A DNA stretch of 64,000 nucleotides from Octopus vulgaris (Eukaryota), in assembly GCA_951406725.2 (NCBI GenBank), contig OX597814.1:222518001-222582000 (forward strand), in the 5' to 3' direction. A program made the position numbers and the translations under genes. The notes below the pieces were generated by a model. That model was given only the letters and a program-made list of their open reading frames with translations, was not told where the DNA came from and made no database searches. Below, piece after piece: positions 52,925-64,000 of this stretch. Every line of letters starts with the position of its first letter. Positions within the stretch are counted from its first letter, which is position 1.

Positions 52925-53198
52925 TCAACTCCTTCCGAATCTTCTGCACTTTCCGTAGATCGATACCTAAACACGCTGAGATGTTCGATTTGGAGCTTCC
53001 GGTGCGAATGCCAAGCAGTACAGCAAGTCGTTTCCGAGTTTCTGGCAGAGTGAATTGCGTCATGGTGTTGTTTTTCTCACAGATGGTACTCAACCGACCT
53101 TATTATACTGAGTAGTCGACAAAATCAAAAACAAACAAAACGCATGTGCGAAATTAAAAATGTAAAATAGCGACAATTTACCCATCAGACACTTTATA
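52925..53198 (-). pseudogene. Tc1/mariner-type 5' end (TIR-like sequence plus N-terminal HTH)
   Basis: MTQFTLPETRKRLAVLLGIRTGSSKSNISACLGIDLRKVQKIRKEL is HTH-like; terminal TA-TAAAGTGTCTGATGGGTAAATTGTCG. Confidence 0.6.
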
Positions 53199-53656
53199 TA
53201 CATGCATGCATGAATGCATACATGCATACATACATACATACATACATACATACATACATACATACTCAGTTGATGTTGAAATTCAAATAAAGGAGCTTTG
53301 GATCTAGGCTTGAATCCTACTTTTTACCTATTGGCAAGAAATCTTGAAATAAAAGTAAATAATGACATACATACATACATATTAATTATAACATGCAATG
53401 TGGCAGGGTGTTCCGGAGTTTTTATAGCATATATTTTTGCATGGGTCTTTGCTAGACCGTTTCCCGATATTCTTTCGTTACTGAGGATCTAAAATACTCA
53501 ACTAATTCTGTGAGAAAAGAGACGAAGTGACACGAAACCGAATTATTGCCCGACATACAGTGAAGAAACACGAATTGTATGCCAGAGATGTAAAAGTTAC
53601 AAGCTAATACTTCTATCTATCTACCTATGTAAGTATCTAACAGGATGCTCTCTAAG

Positions 53657-53725
<69 letters not shown>

Positions 53726-54934
53726 TTAAATATCTATCTATCTATGTGTGTGTTTGTATATGTATGTTTCTGTGTTTGTAAGTGTGCGTAAAATAACTGA
53801 GAGTGAGAGAGATAGCGAGATTTATAGAGTACACACAGATACACGTGAGTGTGCTTGTGATTAGTAGTGGATGTGTTCATACTGGTGTGTTTATGAATGA
53901 TTATTTGTTATATAAAAAAAGAAGAAAACCCATGTTATTAATGGGGGCAACGAATGGCCAATAACAATATATTGAAAAGCTCTATTTACATTTAGGTCTG
54001 TAAGTTATGAGAGATGGTGCCAATATCTACAGCTTTCCCAAATGTGCAAGCACGAATTTTTCCAATCGACTTCTGAACACATCCGGCAGTGGTTCAGAAA
54101 GCTGATCTTCCGTTTCGAATTAAGGCACGCACAGGATAAAACGTATTTCAAGTTTTCTGCGAATTATATACTTTTATCATCTTTATTTATTTCTTTTGGC
54201 AGGTAGGCTATAGCTGTAGGTGAATATATTGAGAATCTTTAGAAATATGTAGTTTACTTTAGAAGATTGCTTCTTTACACACACGCTCGGCGGTTCACGC
54301 GCACGTATGTAAACATATATGTGTGTGTGTGTATATGTATGTATGTATTTATATTTACGCAGCCATTTGTATTTGAGTTTTGTAAATCTTCAGCAACAAA
54401 TAATGTAGAATATTGGCGCAAAGTTTGATCACAAAAACTGCTAGATGCAGCGGCTATCTTTTTAATCTTTCTGCGTTTTTCCTAGATAATGCACTAACAT
54501 TTCACATCGGAAGGAAACTCTGGATAATTTCATTCCACAAAATATGAATATATATATTTTTATTTAGTTTATATATTTTATGAACTTTGTGAACTTCGTG
54601 ACGCAGCAGAGAACCAAACTATTTACTTGAAGACATTTAATTTGATCTTCTTTGCTTTTTGCTTTTGTAAATATATTGCTGCTATCGCTGTTATTTAAAC
54701 CTTGGTCATCCTGATCAAATAACTCTCTTTGTACTATATACCCCATTGAAGGCATGGGGTATATATTTACAGCTTTAGATTTTAAAATAATTTGTGATTT
54801 GAAGGAGATATGGCTTCTGAATAGCAAACATCTGCGGAGATGCGCCATCGTTGGTTTATTTATTCTAGTCATGTATCTCAACAGACGTTCGAAGGTTATA
54901 CTGTTTTTAGATCTACAACATCTTAATACTAACC

Positions 54935-55147
54935 CTTTCTGCTATAGGCAGAAGGCCTGAAACTTGGGGCAGGAGATAAGTCGATCGCATCGACTTCAAT
55001 CCGTAACTGGTACTTATTCAATAGACTTCAAAAGAATGAAAAGCAAAGTCGACCCTGGCGGAATTTGAACTCAGTATGTAGCGACAAGCTACAGGCCAAT
55101 AAGTATTTCGCTCAGCGAGCTAACGATTCTACGATCTCGCTGCCTTA
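54935..55147 (-). mobile_element. SINE family C copy
   Basis: AAGTCGATCGCATCGAC...AACTGGTACTTAT...GCAAAGTCGACC.TGGCGGAATTTGAACTCAG...GCTAACGATTCT...CTCGCTGCCTT. Confidence 0.75.
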
Positions 55148-56712
55148 CATCGCCCTACTAATAATATCATAAAATATTGATTACAATATTGAATATTTTA
55201 CAACAAACTAAAAGACCGTGTTGTGTAAATGACATATCTTTTGAGGGTGCAGAGTTGGAGTATAATGAACTGTGAAAATAAGTCAAGGAGTGAACATCTA
55301 CATTGTCAGTACACCGACAATAGATGAAATCAAACTTCCCTCATAATCATAGAAATATGACACACACATAATGCTTTTAATGTAAATCTTGAAAAAAAAA
55401 ACGATAAAAGGGAAAGAGATGTGATGTTCATGAATGCAATCTTGTTCGGCCATAATTGTACGCAACGAAGAATGACTTTTACAAAACAGTCAGCAACAAA
55501 TATAAAAATTCGAAACGAACAGGAAATAAATATCATTAGTTCCACCATGACCACCATTCTGGTAATGTACCTCGCATGAAATATTACTCGGTATTTAGAA
55601 TTTATGCCTGTATTTTTCATTACATAAATCAAATAGGTAGACGTTCTATTTAAATAAACTCGTATACATAAATAAAACTTGCGTTATTTGTTTCAGTTAC
55701 GAAATAATTTACACTAGTCATTCCTATGTAGAAAATCATTCCATGCTTAATCGCCCCATCTACAACTATCTTATATGATGTCATTCCTGCAATTAAGAGA
55801 ACAAACAGTAGGTAGGTTTAGAGAAGTTTGCCGATATTTCTAACAGCTCTAGAGAATATGTAATATTCGTTTGTCCACTCCTTCGAAGGGGATAAGAATT
55901 TTAATTGGCTTATATATTTATAGGTTTCGATTAAAAGAATCTGCCATGCATACTGTTTCTGCTATGCACATCGAGTTCTCTTTCCAGTTGTTCATTAACA
56001 TTCCGTCATGACCGCAAAAGATTGGTAGAAAGATTTGAAAATTTGTAGGTCTTTAAAATAATGTAGCCCCACAAATAGTAGGAAAATCTCACGACTGTAG
56101 CAAGTGAATGACTCTGGATTTGCACTCTGCTTTTAGTATTTGACTAAACTTTAGGAGGTATATTATATAGTTTTATACCAAGATCATACTTTTCCACCTG
56201 TTTTTCCTTCTTAATTTATTTCTCATAAATATTTAAACGTCTAAATTTATCCTCCATTTTTTGTATTAATCAGCCTTCATTAGTGCATACTTTGTTTTCC
56301 AGATGTCATTGTCCCGATTTGATAAAAACAATTCTATATCGATGTGACTAACATCTTGAATAAAGCGGCTGTATATACTTCAAAGAAATTTCCATTCCTA
56401 CAATTTCAGCGTATATATACAAGTGTGTGCGTTTGTACGTGTATCAGCTCATCTGTAAACATTCAAATTATGTAGACCCTCAACATGCATATATATTAAT
56501 ATATATGCAAATGCTCAGATTACGTAGACCCCAGAATCTAATTTCACTAATGGAAGCATTTATAATTTTAGGAATCGCTATTTCTTTGAAGATTATAAAG
56601 TTGCTATATACAAGATGTTAGTCACTTTGATATACATATACAATATGTGTACGTGTGTATATATACTTATGTATGCACATACACACACACGTACACATAT
56701 ATATGCATATAT

Positions 56713-56779
<67 letters not shown>

Positions 56780-56799
56780 TGTATATATATATGTATATG

Positions 56800-56843
<44 letters not shown>

Positions 56844-58870
56844 TGTATATGCTTATGAATGCTTGTATTTTTGCGCGTGTATAGCCAAGGCAAGAGAGCC
56901 AAGATAGCCCAAAGAAAGGAAATCTGTGATGTAATTACATAGCATCGAGAGTGGGAAATGGAATCGAATGTTAAGCTAAAAGTGAAACCAACTACTTATC
57001 TAAAATTCGTAAATATGATGAACCTTTACTCGACATTAGCTCAATACATATCAGATTAATGTTATACGTAGAATTTGGACATTCTAATTATTTATCTTGA
57101 AATGTTATTGGCATTTACAGTTGACTTGATTTCAATCGGAAGTTCTTTTTTATGTAATTATTCACTAAGATAATTTGCGAGAAACCTCTTTCATTCATCA
57201 AGTCGAGGGTGGAATTAAATGTTTGGTTTGGAAAGAGTGCGAATCATTATTAATTCAGACAGTTATCTTGGACAGTTTGATTCAATGTGATACCAATCTG
57301 ACGTTATTAGCGAAATTGATTTTCCTAAAGCTAAATAAGATTGAATGAAAGGTATTCGAATGCCTATAGATACACTTGCCTGCGATGTCTCACCTCGATG
57401 ACTTTAATTTTCTATGCGTTTAACAGTACTCTCTATCCCAAAGAAGTATAAACATGACCTTGCTGACAGCTCTGGTCAAAGTCCAATGGAATATCAAGGT
57501 TCTTCTATTTAATTTACGTATGCAGACTTTTCTTATTGACTATAATTGCATTTTTTGTTTGTTTTTTCTTGTCATTTCCTTTTGGTTTTTACAACAATAG
57601 TTATTCTATTTTCGACGACTTTGATATAAATATTTATTGCTTTCTTCCGTTTAAAATTACTTTCAGAATATTTTACATTTTGTTTCTTGCTTATTTTTGC
57701 CTACATTTCCTGAAATATACAGTTATTCTTAAACGTGAAATAGTTATTCAACTAAAACTATAATGGAAAAGTGACGTCGTCTTCATAAACCCCAAATTAT
57801 TTAAAACACAAAATTATTTATACTTCAAAATGACGTGAAATCAAAATATAACGTGTTCTTATGTTTGCAAATATATTCATAAAGTTGCGATATTTGGTTA
57901 TTCAATATTTCATGTGATATTTTCGAAAGAGGTAAACTACTGAAAAACAACTTGTTAATGTAATTACTTTCTCATGGTAAAATAACTTGCATTTATTAAA
58001 TCAGTAGAAATTTGAAGTAGTTTTCCAATTACTGTAAATCTCATGTAGCAACTGTTATACATTTTCTAATTAATCTTATCAATAAAGTTTGTATTCTCTC
58101 ATAATATACATAATGAAATGTTCCTCTTTCAGACTATGATAGAATCCAAAAGGGAATGGACACAAAAATGCTATGAATATAAAAGTAAAATGAATACATA
58201 CAAATTTTGAATGCTGACTCTTCGGTGTGCAAACCGTGAATTGAGTTATTCGTAAAATATAGATTTAAATACGTTAAAAAATTAGTATAAAACAACACCG
58301 AGACAACAATATAAAATAGGTGGAAATAAAACATTTTATGCAATTCTTGCAATATTTACGTATAATTTAAATTTGAAAATAATTATTATAGTTAATGTTT
58401 GATGAAAAATAGCACATAGCAATAATAAAATTGCAAAGACATAGGATGGGCACGGACAGCAATAAGAAAAAGACAACGAGAAATACTATGAAACTCGAAA
58501 AAAGCATTTCCATCCAGGACTGTGCATCATTATACAAGGCTATGGTTTTCTTCTAGTATAAAGGAATTTAATAAAAGATTGTATATGTACATCTGCTGAA
58601 CAACGGTAAAAGTTGAAAGCTATTCGCCAGAGAGAAGAGTGAAGAAAAAGATAAGCATTAAATAATCATTGGAAGATTTTAGAGCAACGATTACATCATT
58701 ACACTGGAATATGTAAGTCCCTGTGCGCTTGTGTGCGTATGATTGTTGAATGTGCAGCATAAGTGAGTGAAGTAGTTTTTTATATTTCCTAGTCTTTCAA
58801 ACAAACATCATTATATAGATGTGTGTGTATATAATATGTATAATATGCGTACAAACATACACATATATAT

Positions 58871-58948
<78 letters not shown>

Positions 58949-59921
58949 TGATATTATGTAATGATTCATACACACACAACTGCTTACCAAAAGGTGAATA
59001 GATACAAAAAGAAAGAAGCACAAAATAGGATAAAACTGATAGAAGAAAAAGAAAACGAAAATAAATAATTTTCAAAGAAAAGCGAAACTTATCCAGACAT
59101 AAACAATCATGACACGATACAAATTTGCTTCAGAGAAATGTTTAGCCAATAAATCACCTCTTTATCGCTCTCCTGTTAGTTCCTAACAGTTAGTTTACTA
59201 ACCGCAATTGTCAGTGAGCATTAAAGTAAATAACATGCCGTTGTCTTGTAGATTTGACTAAAGTTATTGCTCTTATTTTAATGCTTTTTTTTTTCCTTCT
59301 TTCATGATAAAATTGTTCGTGTTATCGATGCTGTAATTTTCTTGGCTTTAGATTTCTTTATTCATATATAAAGGTTTTGAAATCTTATGTTCTTTGTTAT
59401 CGTGCATGTTGGCTTGCTTAATAACATTCTTGTTATGGCCTCTTGTTATATTTCTTTAGTACTATTACACTGGTGAAAAGAACAATGCGACATTTAAATA
59501 GCTTCTTACTATTGTTTATTGCTCTTCCCATTTTTGTTTTCTTTCATCGATTACTTCAATTTATTGTCTTGTTTTGTCTTTATACAAGTCTTCATTAACT
59601 TTTAATGTCGCTTCTTTTCTGGAAATTTCTATCAATTGAACTTTGTAATATTATTGAATATAAACTTTATTATTTATCTTTTTTATGACATGGCCACTTC
59701 ATTTTCCTAAAACAATAAAAGAGGCATCGGAGCTCCTTGATAATTGTCTTGAGATTTAGCATTATTCTACCTTTGCTTGCATATCACATATACACGCACT
59801 CATATGTACATACACACTTTTGTGTATACATATGAACGAAAAATTATATGAATGCGTATAGGTGCATAGGACACATACACGCATATATGTACGTAGGTGT
59901 ATGCATATGCAGCGAATATAC

Positions 59922-60011
<90 letters not shown>

Positions 60012-60899
60012 TGGGGTGTATGTGTGTAGTGAAAATGTTATCATTGATGTGGAGGGCAAGTGGTTGGTAGAAACACTAAGTACCTCATAGAAGTTATCTC
60101 TCTTTGTCTTCTAAATACAAATTCTGCATGAGTCGATTTTTCTTTCCTCTTTCGTGCACACTGATTGATACAGTCATGTGTTCGCTTCACAACATTGCAA
60201 AACATTGTAGTGCTAATGTGAGAATTGCCGGTTTGTATTAGAACCATTATTATTATATTATTATTATCATCAAGTTTATAATCATATTATCATTACATTC
60301 TCAAAAGTTTCACGTGATTTCTACTTAATCAATGGACTGTAATGTTGCTTTGTGTTTACAAACTATTAATACCATTCACAATCGCATGTATCGCATGCTT
60401 TTTTCATTAAACTAACAAGCGCAAATCTGAAAGTTTGGTACGTACTTTGCTGCAGTTTTTTTTTGTGTGTGTGTGTGCACTTAAATATATCGTGTTCCTA
60501 ACTGGAACACAATCCTTTTTGGTTAGAAATAATATTCTGACCTTCAACAGGTTCGTATCTGATTCCAAATCCATATCGAAAAATAAGCTACCCAACGACA
60601 ATATTGCTATAGCAATAGCAACACTTCTCCCGGAAATAAATTGGTTTAATTTGTTTGTTTTTTTTTGAGAATTGAGCAGAGCAACATTTGTAATATTACA
60701 TATCAGTGACAGTTGCTAGATCTAAATCTTTATTAATAGTCACTGGAATATCTTTCAGATCATGAAAAATTGTTTGTTTATGTACTTCGTTACCAATGTT
60801 CGTGTTACTTACATAACATGGAAATATAACGTTCATCATCATGTATCACAGCTTTTTTTTCTTTCTGGCTTGAGATAGAAATAGAGTTTATTGCGGTTT

Positions 60900-62100
60900 A
60901 TCGTCTCTTTCACACCAAATCCAAAACTGGAACTAGAGATTCACGTCACACATTTACTAATTATGGCATGTGTCTTCTTACCAACGTAATTAGATTAAAA
61001 TATTAATCTGAGTAACGCATTGTCGGCAACTAAAATGCATGCTGCTCAAATATTCACTAACATTAAATTTACTTTATAAATATTCTTTTAATCTGTTTTA
61101 AAACTTGCGACAATTCTTTTACAAATTCCGTTTTATTCTGCATGGCACAGGAATCTTTTATGGTCTATCCCACAATCCCATAAGACATTATCATAAAATC
61201 CACAGGTTTTACCAACTACTTATATCTCCAGAATACTGCGAGAGAAAATGCTTTTCCTCATGTGTAGGTAATTGTTAGTACTTCTTTGTTTCTAACTCTA
61301 AGACCTGATCACCAAATATATCAAAACAGGCTTTTATTTATGTTAGAAACATTTTTATATATACACGGACCATGTTTTAATTACATTTTCACATATCAGC
61401 TGAGTGGTTCTGATCTGGTATTGAACTTGTAGCCATCTTGATAATATGGATACCTCACGTCTAATAATTTCAACAGTATACGTGTAAACTTTGAACCACA
61501 GCGTATATCATGATGTAGAGCTCTTATCACTAATCTTTTCAAGCACGTTTCTGCAAGAATTAATTTTCCATTATACACATTCAAGATACCATCTTCCAGT
61601 CTTAATGCATTTTTAATGGCTCAAAAATCATTTTATTGTATATCATAAAAAAAAATATATACACTTTATATTTTCACATCCTAAATCATCAATATTCGCA
61701 ACATAGATGACAAAATCCTAATCGTAAGTTCATGCAAACCAGTATTTTTTATAAATTCCTGTCGTCTTAATACATCAATATGTGGTATTCTGTGTAATTT
61801 CACATGATATATTTCATATCCCAAATATTGTCATTTTAAAATACATGACATATTACATCTGTTACTACAATATGTTTTATTAAAAGTATATCCTACTGAG
61901 TCCAATTCCTGTCAATATATAAAGAACTTTCCATTGTAGTTAAAACTCGACATATATAGTTCTTGATGACCAAGCTGTGAAACTCTTCCTGATACAGCAT
62001 TTTCAATCGTATGAATATAAGCCCCTTTCATAAACATATAAATGTGGACCATTGCAAAATAGAGATCCATATGTAAAATCCTCAATTCTTTCACTTTCCT
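60900..62100 (-). pseudogene. Ancient Gypsy-type pol relic (RNase H, then integrase)
   Basis: In order on minus: ENAVSGRVSQLGH.LYMS (DAS..ISG.LSQ.GHP), YNGKF, GYEIYH...IPHIDVLRR (PHADALSR), NGKLIL...LKRLVIRALH (integrase Zn region), FDIFG, CGIDH, NGICKRIVASFK (NG..ER). Confidence 0.6.
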
Positions 62101-62712
62101 AAGATGTTGATTTACACATCATTTTGTTTTCTAATTTAATTTTTAAACGTACTAACTTTTGAAAATGAATTGATATATCTTTAATATATTGTGTTATGTA
62201 TTTCGTCGAAGGTTTGTAAATACACACCTACATCCTTCATATTTTGTAACCTTTTCAGCATAGCATAGTTGTATGTATTGGTCCTTGCGGCCATTAAAAA
62301 AAAATTAGTATCACTATTATTATTTAATGTTGACATCCAAACATTAGACGCGTACAGAATCGACGTGTGTATATTTCTAAATTGTTTAAAAAACACAACT
62401 TAATAATATAATAACATAATTCCTTATTGTTTACACTTGCTCTTCATAAGTGTGAATACGTTTTTCACTGAAGCTTTTTCACTACGTTGATCAGTTATTA
62501 TATATATATATATATATAATTCTACGAGATACCACCATGCTGAAAATAGTAACCATGATCTGACTCTAAAACCACCATAATTGGCCATATATCCACCGTA
62601 GATACCCTAATTTATAATTTTAATAATTATTACCTTTGAAGGTTATTTTTTCCATGCTGACCACTTGATAAAATCGTTATATTATTTTTAAATTAACGAT
62701 CATATCCTTATA

Positions 62713-62776
<64 letters not shown>

Positions 62777-63065
62777 TTCCATTGATGAATGTTATATCAT
62801 AGCGTACTCTACAACGCGATTACACAATAGTTTAATAGTTTGTTTCCTTACGATTATTTTTAAACCTAAGATGTACATTGGTAGGTTTTATGAATCATAG
62901 CATTTATATCCATATACAATCATCAACTCTCATAAAGTATACCCACTAATACTTACAATCTAATTCTTGAACTCAGACGCATATTCACTTTGCCGCAATA
63001 TTTCTCTAGCGATTCAAATGTATTTATATGTACATAAATAGACACATGTACACAATCAAGTTTGC

Positions 63066-63119
<54 letters not shown>

Positions 63120-63753
63120 ACACACACAAACACACACCAAATATACATAATACATACATATATATTTCTATCTTTGCAATGTTTCTTACTGAAATTAGAT
63201 TTTCTTTCGCGTTAGGTAGATAGAATGGAGGAGTGAAAATAAATAAGAGGAAGAGAAGAGAATGACAGAGTGAAAGACAAACTTTCACACTCATATATTC
63301 AGTCCAGCAGCGCAAAATACTTCATTGGCAGAAATTCAAAGTCTGATAGCGAGCAGATATGAACAAAAACGAGAAAGCTGGCAAGCGAAAACATCGGAAT
63401 GGGGAAGAAAAAGCAAACAAGCAATAACTCGTGTTCACTATATACGGTAAAATTAATATATGTAAATATTTGGGATCTCACGATTGAATATATTGGAAAA
63501 ATGAAAATAATTTTCTTTAGTTGATTTATCTATCTCCGAGTACCTGCGAAATTTCCGATTAATTCATCTTTTTTAAGAGATGTTCTATATCTGTGTGTGT
63601 GTATGTGTGTATGTGTGTGTGTGAGTGTGTATGTATGTCTGTGTAAATATGCACATATATGTATATACATATATATACATTTATATGTGTGAATATACAC
63701 ACACATATATATATGTATATGTAAATATACGCATATATATATAAATATACATA

Positions 63754-63806
<53 letters not shown>

Positions 63807-64000
63807 AGAATGATGGGCAAATAAATACAAATGGACAGACTGAGGAGTGAAGGCGAGAGAAAGAGAGAAAGAGTGAGAGAGAGAGAGACAGGAGAGACAT
63901 TTAGATATTTTAGGTATATTGTTTATATAAAATATAGATATATATATTCATATATCACTGAAAGTGTTTGTGTGTGTGTGTGTGTGTATGTGTGTGTGTT

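Noticed and set aside
54180-54225. Plus-strand pyrimidine tract-CAG|GTAGGC possible recursive site; similarly a 17-nt microexon-like segment at 8628-8644
   Set aside because: Weak donors, expected by chance in T-rich DNA.

Overview
AT-rich, microsatellite-saturated metazoan non-coding DNA (intronic or intergenic). The SINE families and repeat density suggest a coleoid cephalopod such as Octopus; this is an inference. No intact host protein-coding gene is recognisable, and nearly all track ORFs are microsatellite or repeat artefacts. Real coding relics are a 5'-truncated CR1-group LINE (34.65-36.93 kb), a full-length decayed mariner with TIRs (31.20-32.45 kb), three further Tc1/mariner fragments, a Penelope-like (Naiad-type) GIY-YIG endonuclease fragment (43.5-44.0 kb), an R4/Dong-like LINE fragment next to an (AAT)n array, and an ancient Gypsy RNaseH-integrase relic. 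There are also many tRNA-derived SINEs and a MITE with an 8-bp TSD. Three signals stand out. (1) A ~355-nt non-coding unit occurs twice (9.5-10.0 kb and 50.0-50.5 kb). Each copy is longer than one unit and carries a type I hammerhead ribozyme motif and covarying hairpins, like a retrozyme/circular-RNA element. (2) Several other short hammerhead-bearing elements, often with an inverted partial copy, sit at (TA)n microsatellites. (3) A consensus-like recursive splice site with a 48-nt RS-exon lies on the minus strand at 32.5 kb.
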